Below, one piece after another: positions 24,481 to 37,334 of a DNA stretch of 64,000 bases (positions are counted from its first letter, which is position 1; every line of letters begins with the position of its first letter). The notes under the pieces were generated by a model. It was not told where the DNA came from. It did not search any database and saw only the letters and a list, made by a program, of their open reading frames with translations. The stretch lies in contig JAVKOQ020000018.1 in assembly GCA_031835245.2 (NCBI GenBank), positions 186,001-250,000 on the forward strand, given 5' to 3'. Both the position numbers and the translations under genes were made by a program. Source of the DNA: Balamuthia mandrillaris. Lineage: Eukaryota.

Positions 24481-25440
24481 CTACTCTTGGCGATAGGGCT
24501 GGGGTTGGGCCACGTGGTGGTAACGGAAGTCATGGTTGCTTTGGTAGTTCCGCTTTTGTTGTTGTTGTTGCTGTTGCTTCCATCGAAAATGATCCGCCTC
24601 CTCGCTCCATGACCGCCCTCTCCTGACCTCACCGTTCTGCACCTCCTCGTGGGCGTTGTGCGTCACCTGGAGCAAAGCCGTTCGTCGAAGGGTTCTTCTC
24701 CACAGCAGCAACAGCACGATGGACAGGCTCAGCTGGAAGGGCCACACCAACACAAGGAACCACCACCCCACTGGCGTCCACAAGCTGTGCACCATGTCCC
24801 CGTTCTCATCCTCGAAAGTGGTCTGCCCCAAGAAAGAGCTCCAAGGGCCTTCCTCGGCTATCAACGAGAGCTGTTGCTCGCGAAGGTAGCGCGTGTCAAA
24901 GCGGAAGGCGGAGGGCAGCGCCGCGGCGAATGCTATCATTGCCACCGTGACCAGGAGCAGCGTCAAAGCGGAGAGCGCCAGGGAGACGAGCCCCACAAAG
25001 CTGGAGCGGGTCGCCTCGTGCCGCCAAGAGGGTGCACAGAGAAACAGAGCCACCAGCAACGACGTCAGCGTGGCCAGGAGGGTGAGGAACAGGTTGCCGG
25101 CAAAGACGCTGGTGAGGTGGGTGTAATGCTCCTCTCCCCAAAAGTCCTGTTGAGGGGAGAGGGGAGGGCGTTGCTCCCCCATTTGCCGGCACAGGTCATC
25201 GGGGCAGCGCTGGAACTGAGAGAGGTGGTGGCGGTCGTCCTTCTCGGAGGTGCAGCCGACGGAGGCCCAGGAGAAGAGCAGGGAGTAGTAGCAGCTGTCG
25301 GAGAGGCTGCTGGAGGGGTGCTGGTGAGGGCCGAGCGCGAGAACGTAGTACCACGGCAGGCAGAGGCAGAAGAGGAGGATGAGGAAGTTGAGCCAGGCCA
25401 AGCATGCCACCGTGACAACGCTGTACCGCAGCTTAAACAT
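24481..25440 (-). CDS. Intronless four-TM membrane protein (claudin/tetraspan-like)
   Basis: 319 aa ORF with four hydrophobic segments, LPWY after TM1 and a Cys-containing loop; GC-rich coding signature. Confidence 0.7.
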   Translation of the reverse strand: MFKLRYSVVTVACLAWLNFLILLFCLCLPWYYVLALGPHQHPSSSLSDSCYYSLLFSWASVGCTSEKDDRHHLSQFQRCPDDLCRQMGEQRPPLSPQQDFWGEEHYTHLTSVFAGNLFLTLLATLTSLLVALFLCAPSWRHEATRSSFVGLVSLALSALTLLLVTVAMIAFAAALPSAFRFDTRYLREQQLSLIAEEGPWSSFLGQTTFEDENGDMVHSLWTPVGWWFLVLVWPFQLSLSIVLLLLWRRTLRRTALLQVTHNAHEEVQNGEVRRGRSWSEEADHFRWKQQQQQQQKRNYQSNHDFRYHHVAQPQPYRQE

Positions 25441-25751
25441 TGTTTTTTCTTATTCTTTCTTTATATTTTTTTATTTTATTTTTATTTTTATTTTTATTTT
25501 TGTGGATAAGTGCGAAATTTCCTGGAGTGAATGAATATAAATTAATTAATTTCGATATTATCATCAAATTTGAGCAATAATTAATCGGACACCGTTAATT
25601 ATTTTCGAATTGCGCAAATAAAAAAAATTCAAAAAGTTAAAACCACAACAACGAATACATTGAGCGTTACAGGTAGAGAAGAGAAGAGAAAGGAAGAGGA
25701 AAGAGGTGTTTGTTGTGTTACGCAACTCTTTTTTTTTTTCGAGTCGGAAAG

Positions 25752-26708
25752 ATGGGAGATAAAGCAGAGGAAGAGCCCAACGAATGGACAATAACAACGG
25801 AAGAGGAGGTGGAGAACTCGCCGAACAAAAGCAGTAAGAAGAAAAAGAAGAAAAAGAAGAAAGAGCCACCACAACAACAACAGGAGAAGGAGGAGGAGGA
25901 GACAAAGGCCGAACCTGCAGCCAAAGAGGAAGACGCTCCTGCAAAAAAAAGCGAGCCACCAACAGAGGAGGAGAAAGACGCCTTTCGAAAATATGGTCTT
26001 CCGGATGACCTCTTCATGCAGGTCTTGAGCTGGCTAAAACCTTCTGAACTTTGCACTGCCGCTCAGGTTTCTTTCTGTTTCTTCTTTTTATTTTATTTTT
26101 ATTTTTAATTTTATTTTTATTTTATTTTTATATTTATTTTATTCCTTAAAACTTTATATAATTCTATTATTATAATGGTTACAGGTAAACCACAAATGGA
26201 ACGACGTGTCTTGCTCCGACGAGCTCTGGCAGGAGTTCTTTCAGTCGGGGCAGCACACCCGAGGAAGAACCAAAACATGGGCATTACGCACCGTCGCTTC
26301 CACCAAAGTTTCGTCTCCGACTTCTGCTTCTGCTTCTCCTCCTGTTCCTGTCCGAACGAACAGATCATCGCAGCCGCCAATTCCGTCTGCTGCTTTGATC
26401 TCGAGACAGGCTGAGAAGACTACCGGCGCCTCGGCAAGTTCGTCGTCCTATTGGAAACAATTCTACAAGATGACTTGTAAGTTGTTCCTTTCGTTCGCCT
26501 TCTTTTTCTTTCTTTCTTTCTTTCTTTTTTCTTTCTTTTGCTAACTTTGTTTTTGTTCTCTTTCTGCACAACAAGGGAGAAGAAAGAAAATAGCACAAGA
26601 GATATACGACTCTGAAAAGTCTTACGTTCAGTCTCTTCGAACTATTGTTGAGGTTTGTCTTTTCTCCTTGCTTGTTCCCTTTCCTCTCTCTTTCTCTTTC
26701 TCTCTCTC

Positions 26709-26739
<31 letters not shown>

Positions 26740-27521
26740 ATCTCCCTCTCTCTCTCTCTCTCTCTCAAAACCACAACAAACAAAAAAAGGTTTTTATTGA
26801 GCCGCTGAGAGAGAAGAAAGCAGATGCCCCTATAACGACAGACGAAAGAAAGAGAATCTTTGGAGAGATTGAAGTCATTAAAGGATATCAAGAGGAGCTA
26901 TTGACGGACTTGGGCACACGAGTTAACACTTGGTCTATCGATCAACGCCTCGGAGACATCTTCAAGAACATGGTATGTTGTTTTTTTCTTTCTTTCTTGT
27001 CGCTTCTTTCTTTCTTTATTCGTTTAACACAAAACAACAGGTTTCGTTCTTGAAAGTCTACACATCCTACGTGAACCAGTTTGATCAGGCCATTCTCCTT
27101 TTGGGCCAACTCCTTGCCGAACGCGAAAGCTTTAGAGCTCTTATGACGGTTCTCTTTTTTTCTCTTCTTCTCATCTTTTTTGTTTTTTGGTTCTTTTGTT
27201 TAGTTGTGCTCACTTTTTTTCTGCTTTATAGTATCTCGAAAACAAGAAGCAATGCCGCGGGCTAAAGCTCAACTCATTCCTGATAATGCCTGTCCAACGC
27301 ATTCCTCGTTACGTGCTGCTGCTGCAAGACCTCGTCAAGAACACCTACGCCGATCATCCCGATTGCGTAGACTTGCACCACGCCCTGGAGAAGATGAAAG
27401 AACTCGCAAAGTACATCGACCAGAAAAAGGATGAAGCCGATAGAATCCAAAAGTTGATGCAAATTCAAGAACAAGTTGTGAACTGTCCTACGGTACGTTT
27501 CGTTTGTCTCTTCTTTTTCTT

Positions 27522-27561
<40 letters not shown>

Positions 27562-29141
27562 AACTCGCTACAATAGCCAATCGTCATCCCAGGAAGAAAG
27601 TTCTGCTATAACGGAATGCTCACCCGAATGACCACCAAAGAGCAAGCTTTTTCCTCCTCTGCGCCTTCCTTCACCTTGAAGAAAACCCAAACAGGAGAGT
27701 TCAGTCCCACTTTGCGTCGTCGCTCCAAAAAAGACAAAGAAAAGGACAAAGACAAAGACTCCTCTTCAAGTTCTTCCTCACCTCCTTCCTCTCGAACGAT
27801 TTCCCTCGGTTCCGTTTCTGAACTCACTAGATCAGATGATGCCATTCCTTTCAGTGCTAACTCAAACCCAACTCCACGAAAAGAGAAAGGTTTGGCTAAC
27901 TTGATGGAACCGCTTTATGGCTTTCTCTTCAACGATGTTTTGATACTCGCCAAAAAGACCAAAACGATGAAAAGCCAATTCAGCCTCATTAAACGAAAGA
28001 TGAACTTTGCAAAGAGAGCCTCCACAGCAAACTTGTTTCCTGTTGCCACCATTTCAGGAAGTGCTAGCAACGAACGGCCATCTTTGGCTTCCAGTCTTAC
28101 TTTTTCTTCTTCTGCTTCCTTGTTTTCTTCTTCTGCTTCTTTGTCTTCGCGAAGAGCGAGCGAAGACTTTGGCGGCAGCTCAGAAGCAAACGGTGGATTA
28201 GGAGCAGGTCTTGAACGTTTTGTTTGGCAAGAAACGATCGCCATCACTCTCAACTGCCGCGTTTTATCGAGCAAAGGTTCTCTCTCTGTTGCTCTTTCTC
28301 TTTCGTCGTTTCATTACTAACAACTTTCTTTTTTTCACCGAGTAGCTCCCAACAGGAACACTTTTGGATTCCAGTTGGTGGTTCCGAATGGACCTACCCA
28401 CCAGTTCTTTGTCAACACGTTGGAGGAGGAGCAACGTTGGTTGGAGGCGCTGCGTGGGCTCATCCGAACCGTTCGTAAGACGAATGCTACCGCGAAGAGA
28501 CGTTCATTGATACTGTTGACTCCTGCAATCAAGAAAAAAGTGTTGTCCAATGGTGAATTTTTCGGTTTTCTGTTATGCTCTTTCTTTGTACTCACTTTTC
28601 TTTCTTTTATACAGGACAAGGAGACGAAGAGGAAAACGATGAAGCAGGAAACGTAAGTCCTCTGAGTGCGCATCGTGATGTCAGAGCTATAGTAGACCAA
28701 GAAGAGCTGCGCCAAAGAAGAAAAAGCATAAACATGGGTAAAGTGATCTATCTTACGGAAGAAGAAGAAGAACCTCCTGTTGCTGGTTCCTCTTCTTCGT
28801 CTTCAGCGTCGCCGTCATCATGGAGACGAGCTCGTCGACCAACGTTGGAAAAGCAAGCTATGTTGAAGAGCGCTTCAAGAGGAGTTCGCAGAAAAGAACA
28901 AAAACAAGAAGAGGACCAAGAGACAAAGAAAGAAGAGAACGGCAGAGAGGAATCATCCAAGCGAGAAACAAGAAAAGAAGAAGAAAAGGAAGACGACAAG
29001 ACAAAGAAGAAAGCATCCAAGTCCACCACAACAAAAACCAAGAAAAAGACAAAGAAAAGAGGGCGAAAGCGGGGTGATTCCCGGTGCAAGAGTGTTGAAT
29101 TCACGCAAACCACCACTATACTCTCTGAATGGGAGATATAA
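25752..29141 (+). CDS. F-box + RhoGEF (DH) + PH protein, paralogue 3
   Basis: F-box LPDDLFMQVLSWLKPSEL; DH EIYDSEKSYV, LGDIFKNM and MPVQRIPRYVLLLQDL; PH GFLFNDVLILAK...EEEQRW; tail ending LSEWEI. Confidence 0.9.
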
Positions 29142-29189
29142 CGACAAAAGAATTGTTTGTTGTTAGCTCTCCAATATTGTACTATGTTA

Positions 29190-30070
29190 AACATCTCCAA
29201 TAGAATAGAAATAATTTGTTTTTACATACATATCCCTGAGCAATGTTGATAATAGTAGCTTCTTTCCTACTCCTTGTTCTGGGGTACGGTCTAACTCGTT
29301 GCCAGTAACACCGACTTTTTGGACTAGGAACTGCGATGAAGCTATCAGTGCCTGCTGAATTCTCACCTGCGGTTCTGAGAAGGCCTGACATTGCGGAGGG
29401 CATCCAATGGAGCAGCTAGGCGATAATATGAGGGAACAACCCTGCATGTATATAGGTACGACTGAAGGTGCATTCGTTGGAGACATTGTCAGAGTCGTGA
29501 AAAGCCAAACTGGCACTTCTCGAGACGGAGACGGAGACTAGCGTTGTTGATGGCGTGTAAAACCAAGCGAAGCTTGTCAGCCTGCTCATCAAAAGAGGTA
29601 GAGCGGTAAAGACGAGGCAATATTGTGTGCGGCGCAGCCAGCGAGGTCCTTTAGCACGGCGGCAAGGAGATGCTGCATACCTGCCGGAACAATATTCACC
29701 CCAAAGGGAGCTCCGTGAAAGCAGTGGACATGAAGAACCTTCAAGGATACGGCTGTTCTCTTCAAGCAGGTCCTTGATACGCTCTAGGATGGTCTTTTGA
29801 AGCTCTGGAGGCAACGGACGTATTTGTCAGAAGAAGCAATGTTTGTGTAATCTGGCGATGAAGGCATAGGGCAGGGAAACGGACCGGAATGCCGAACAGA
29901 CCAACCAATCCTGTCAAGGATGTTCCGGCCAAAGATCACCTGGGCATATGGCAAACCGAAGCAGCCATAAGAAACGAGTCGATGACTTATGCCTCCAGCT
30001 GATTTGAAAGTTTACTAGTAACACCAAACACTTTCTCCTCATATGGTGCTGACATTCACATGAGCTATCC
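29190..30070 (-). other. Uncharacterised segment with short broken ORFs (possible pseudogene or foreign fragment)
   Basis: Balanced composition, no microsatellites, overlapping short ORFs (29416..29814, 29187..29516), no recognisable domain. Confidence 0.25.
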
Positions 30071-30556
30071 AGCATTGTGTTTCGTCTTCATCTCCCACCG
30101 TTCACCATTGGAGCCCACGTCATAACAACCTTGCAAGTGATTCTTTTTTTCTCCTTTTCTTCGTTTTTTTTCTTCTTCTCATTCCACCCGCTTCATCCAA
30201 AGACCCACGTGGAGTTAGTTACCTCGCTATGTCCCCAAGAAAGGTTGAATAATTCGATATATCATAAAACGAAAAATGAAGAAAATAATTATGGTGATTT
30301 CCAAGAACTTCTGGGAATAATCGACCATCAGGAGAAATTCTTTTCATTTAGTTGAAATGTTTGAATTTTCTTATCTTTTTTGTGTGACGCATAAATAAGG
30401 TTCAAGGGTTTCTTCCTCTCTCCGACGAAAACATTTTAGCTAAAGCATCAACAACAGCGTTACATCGTTACACACAAGAGAGAGCAGCAAGACAAGCATT
30501 GTTCTTTCTTTTCTTTTTTTTTAAAAAAAAAACAACACACACAACAAGCATTACAC

Positions 30557-32650
30557 ATGTCATCATCGGTATCCTCATCCTCCTCATCAGAGAGGGAAGC
30601 CTACGAGATGGATGCTGTCCCCTCGGCGGCAACCTCGTCCTCGTCGATGGCTGCCGCTGCTGCCAGGCAGAAAGAGCGAGTGACCAAGAAGAAGAAGAAG
30701 AACAAAGGCAAGGAGGTCGTTGGCAAGAAGAGAGTTTATGATGGTACCACTCCCTCCTTCTCAACATTGTTGCCATTACACTCGCTCATTTTCTTTTTGA
30801 ACTGACAGAAGAGCTTATCGAAAGCTTTCACTGGTGCGAACCGCGAGAGGTGTTGGAGGAGATCGAGAGGTCTCACCCCAACGACTTTTGCATCATCAAG
30901 GACGAAGAGACCATCGTGGAGGCTCTTCATCGCATGGACAGTTCTCTTCTCTTGAAAAGGGTTTGCTCTCTCTCTTTCTCTCTCTCTTTCTCTTTGTGTT
31001 TAACGTTCTTTTTTTTTTTGTTTGCAGGGCGGAAAGAGTGTTTGGGGCAGAACCATTCCTCGCGGAAGGATCGGGCTGTGCGTCAAGAGGGAGACCAAGC
31101 CGGTCTTTGTGCAGGAGGGCACCTACTGGCGAACCGGCTTGTTCACCAGGTGGGTGAGGCCCAACCCCATCGTATCTTTGACCGCTCAGTACATCGAGAA
31201 CCAGACCGTGTCCATCCTTACGCTCACCGATGGGGTAAAGAATTCTTTGCTTCTCTTTCTTTCTTTCTTCTTTCTTTCTTTTTTTTTCGTAGACAATTAT
31301 TATCGATTATTTATTTATTATTATTTCCATTAATTTATTTTCATCTCTATTGATAATTGATATTTGTCTAACTGTTACGATAATTATCTGACCGATGAAT
31401 AGGAAGGAGCGGTCATTCGGCAGGGCGCGTCGCTTCGCTCGTTGGGCAAAGGGCGTTACATCATCCGCGAGCCCTTCAAGGTGGTCAGGATCTTCAACGA
31501 GGGCGACTTCCAGCCGGTAGAGAGGGAGCGAACCACCGTCGACGGCAATATAGAGCTTCGTTTGTTGGGCCGACAGATTGCAGCCAGGCAAGGAAATGAT
31601 GTCTTTGGGTGCCGCTTCATCCAGGTGGCTCCTGGATGCTGTGCTGTTGTCCAACTGGGAGATAAGCTTGCTCTCTTCCCTGAAGGATGGTATCAACTCA
31701 AGAGTCTTGATCATACTGTTGCTAGGTTCGTTCTCCCCTTTCTCAATTCTCCTCTCTTACTCTCAAAAACTGACTTGGAAGATGAAATAGATGGTTGGAC
31801 TTGAGGGAGGTGTCGAACACGGTCATGAACATCAAGGTCACGACGTCCAACCAGGCTCAGATGAGCGTCGACGTCTACATCCGGACTCGGTTGGACGATC
31901 CTATCGCCTTCACCGAAGCCTGCGAATATTCCGATATGCAAGATGCTCTGGACGACAAGTACGCTCTTCTGTTCTCTTTCTTTCTCCAGAGCAAACATCT
32001 CACCATCTTCTTCATCTGTCGTTCTTCATATCTTTAGGTCTTTGGACGTTATGCAAACATTGGTAGGCAGCCGAACATATGCTAGCATTCTGGAAGACGT
32101 CAAGGACGACCAGGACTCCTTCGACATGTGGCTCTCCAGCACGGCCACCGCCAAGCTCCGCCCTTATGCCCAAGAGCTCGGCGGTGAGCTTCTCGAACTT
32201 TCCATTGTGCGGAGGAGTTTCAACAAGGACATCCAACGCACTTTGGACAAACAAGCAGAAGTCACTTTGGAGCTCGAGACAAAGAGACAGAACGTGGAGA
32301 AGCGGATCGACACGGAGAGACAAGAAGCATTGGCCCAGGCGGAGCGATGGAGGATCAAAGCAGAGGGAGAGGCGGAGGCCATGAAGATCCAAGCAGCCGC
32401 CGAGCGTCACCGCATCGAGGAGGAGGCTTCCGCTCGTGCCAAAGCCGTTCAGCTGTTGGCTGGCGCCTATCAGCAGGTGGAAGATCCGTTCGCAAGACAA
32501 GCCCTGTTGAGCGAGACGCAGATCAAGAAGTACCAAGCTTTGGGAGACAAGACGTTGATCATTCCGGAGGACCTCACGAGCACGACCATGGATGGTGTGG
32601 GCCGTGCTCTCGGCATGGATGCCGCACGAGACGTACGAAGAAGAGGATGA
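30557..32650 (+). CDS. SPFH/Band-7 (stomatin/flotillin-like) protein with N-terminal extension
   Basis: VKVTTSNQAQMSVDVY-like SPFH segment; C-terminal coiled coil AEAERWRIKAEGEAEA-type (AQAERWRIKAEGEAEAMKIQAAAE); KTLIIP. Confidence 0.78.
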
Positions 32651-32895
32651 GTGAGGCAAAAAAAAAATAGGCACCAATTATCAATTTTTGTTTCTGCGTA
32701 TATAGAATTATTTGAATAATACACTGTATATAATACTACAAAAATGTCTTGTTCTTCTTGTTCTTCGTTTTCTTCTTCTTCTTCTGCTTCTGCTTTTTGT
32801 AAAAATGTCTGCCGTGTGTATGACTTTGTAACATTGATCGCCAAACACAAAGCGACCATGTTTGCCGTTGTGATACAGAGCTCCATCTTGGCGAA

Positions 32896-33300
32896 GTATT
32901 TGGCTCTAGCAGGAGCAAGAAAGAGCACCTTGATGTACGGCGTGGGGTGGCGCAGAGCAGCAAAGATTTTGCTGACCTCAGCGTAGGGAAGCTGCGCGCT
33001 TAAGTGGATGCCAGGACTCTGCAAGAATGCTACTTGATCATGAATGAGAGAAGGCAAAGGAGAAATAACAATGGTCATTCCACGCCCACATGCTGCTGGT
33101 AGCTGTAAAATGGCTACTTAAGCGAACGTGACAACAAGGAGGAAGAAAATGATGAGAGGGAGCAAACCTGATAATATAAACCTACCACCTGCAGAAAGCA
33201 ACAAAAGCAAACAGTCGCGCTTGGAAATCGTGGCGTGGATTGCCTCTCGTTGGAAGAGGACGAAAGCCTTGGTGGCCAAAGAAGGTGCTATTGAGTTGTT
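32896..33300 (-). pseudogene. Second, truncated RecQ ATPase-domain fragment
   Basis: FFGHQGFRPL, a +1 frameshift (~33252), QREAIHATISKRDC, then LPAACGRGMTIVISPLPSLIHDQV. Walker A is degenerate and the fragment ends before DEAH. Confidence 0.75.
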
Positions 33301-33599
33301 GGATCCGCTCTTCTCACGAGAGTGACGTCCAATTCTGCTTGCGCTCTACTTTTCCATTGTCAGTTGGCGTTTCTGTGTCTGCTACGTTCGATGCGGTTAC
33401 ATTCTGTTCTGCGTGTTTGCTTTCTGTGTTGCCCGCTTGAAACAAGCTGGTATCTCCAACTAGCCTGAGCCATCCTCCCAAACAACTGGTCCCGGTGAAT
33501 TTGTTTTTTCACATTCTTAACCCGTTGTTGCAAATGATGAGAGGAAGCAAACGAAGAGCTGTGCTCTGGGGGAAAGAGCTCTCTTGCTGTCGTTGTTTG

Positions 33600-35300
<1,701 letters not shown>

Positions 35301-35543
35301 ATAGATAGCAAAGAAGCTTGTGAGTAAGTGCTGTAAAAATAGAAAAAGAAGCCTCGTGTGTAAGAGAGCTCCAGCAAGACGATTGCTCTCCCATCACTTG
35401 CATTCGCTTTCAAGCTGTAAGAGGAACAACAAATATGGGCCATGTAGAAGCAACAGATGAAATGTGGTCTGCGAGGTTTTTTGAATTTGATAAAAAAGTA
35501 GGTAATATATTGTTGAAAAAGAGAGTGAGAGAGCAAGAGCGAG

Positions 35544-35579
<36 letters not shown>

Positions 35580-36302
35580 AAGGGAAAAAACGAAAAGAAA
35601 AAAAAAGAAAAGCAGTACTGTAATAACAGGCATGTTTTCATTGCGTCAAAGCAAGCTCAGCTTCATCGGGAGAGGTCTCATCGATCGAACGAAGTTTTTG
35701 ATGAATTAACGTTACTAGATTTAAGAGCTGTCTTCAGCATCTTCACTTTCGCTTCAACTTGAGTCCTCTTCTTCTCTGCGCTTTCCAACTCTTCCTCTGC
35801 CTTCTCTAGTTTTCGTTTTTTCTGATTAAATTCATTAAGCAAGCATGCTTGCCGCCGTTGAAGAAGAGATTATGCGCGTTTGCTGTTGCGCTCAAGATTT
35901 TGTTTTTTTCCAACAGTAGGTGCTTTGTTGAACGTGGGCTGATCGCGACAGAACTTAGTGCGGTCGTAGTGTTTGTCGCAAATCGCAGAGTTCTTCGTGC
36001 TTTCAAGGGTGTGTCCTTCGATCGACCCAAAAGAGGCAAGACACCACCGCTCCCACCTTCCCCACCGGTTGGTTTGTTGAGGGACAGTGAACAAAATAGC
36101 CGTCATGTTGCGTCTTGCACCCAATGCAGTAGCGATGTGTGAGCTTCTCTTGGGCAGAACAGAGCAGCGGCAGCATCATCAGCTCTCGTCTTCCTCATTC
36201 TCCGTCCTTCTTCGCTGCTTTTCCCAAGCCACGAGCCCATCCGCCTTCCTGCTCTGCGCCTTTATCCTCAGCTCCTTTTGCGGCAAAAGCCCCTCCTTTC
36301 TG

Positions 36303-36449
36303 GAGCTCAGCAACGACAAGAAAAGGAGGAACAAGAAGCCAAGACACAGCGAAAAAGGCAGCTCCAGAAAGAAGGAACAAACCATCCTAAGCTCCTTTTT
36401 CGCTGTGTCTTGGCTTCTTGTTCCTCCTTTTCTTGTCGTTGCTGAGCTC
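36303..36449. repeat. Perfect 56 bp inverted repeat (36303-36358 / 36394-36449)
   Basis: GAGCTCAGCAACGACAAG...GCGAAAAAGG and its exact reverse complement, with a 35 nt spacer. Confidence 0.92.
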
Positions 36450-36517
36450 TCTGACGCCTTTGGCTCTTAGCCTTCTGCTTCCGTCGTTTTTCTTTCTGGA
36501 GCTGGCACTGTTCCTTT

Positions 36518-36775
36518 GAGGGCGAGGGCGAGGGCGAGGGCGAGGGCGAGGGGCGAGGGCGGGGCGGGGCGAGGGCGGGGCGAGGGCGAGGGCGAGGGCG
36601 GGGGGCGGGCGAGGCGGGGCGAGAGCGAGGGCGAGGGGCGAGGGCGAGGGCGAGGGCGAGGGCGGGGGCGGGACGAGGGCGAGGGCGAGGGCGGGCGGGG
36701 AGGGGCGAGGGGCGAGGCGAGGGCGAGGGCGAGGGCGAGGGCGAGGGCGAGGGCGAGGGCGAGGGCGAGGGCGAG

Positions 36776-36803
<28 letters not shown>
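36518..36803. repeat. (GAGGGC)n GC-rich microsatellite
   Basis: About 285 bp tandem array with G-run variants, inside a - strand intron-like segment (~36859-36515). Confidence 0.92.
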
Positions 36804-36806
<3 letters not shown>

Positions 36807-37334
36807 GTGAACTGAGGGTGAAGAGGGTGAGGTTGGGCAAGGCAAAGATAAAGACAAACCTGAAGGAAAACCCAGCCTGTGTTCATTTTCAGCCTCCTGT
36901 AGTTGGTCTTGGGTGGAAGGTGCTTTGGATAACCGTGCTCGGCAACGACGGTCTGAAGCATTCTTTTGTTCTCGCCTTTTTTTCAGTCGCTGCTGTTCCT
37001 CTTGTTCCTTCTCCTCCCTTGCTCGTTTTTTTTTTTTGCGCACAGTGGTTGCGTTGATAAAGGCGTTGATACTCCTGTCGGTTCATCTTTTATTTTTGGT
37101 TGTGTTATGGTGATCGCATCACCTTGTGTTTATTTGTAAGAGGGGATATGTGTGTAACAGTAAGTCTCTCTCTGTGTGCGTGAGCATCGTTGCTCGCCTT
37201 TAAAATCTTTCTCATCTGTTGAGGGTTCAAAGTGATTCTTTCTTGTTGCTCCATGTCGTCATATATTCCACTATCTATGGTTGGTCACTGCTTGCCTCCG
37301 ATGCAGCTGACTCTATTCTTGACTTTCGACACCA

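Noticed and set aside
36307..37043. ORFs with poly-PS/PR/AL dipeptides
   Set aside because: Translations of the (GAGGGC)n microsatellite, which appears intronic.
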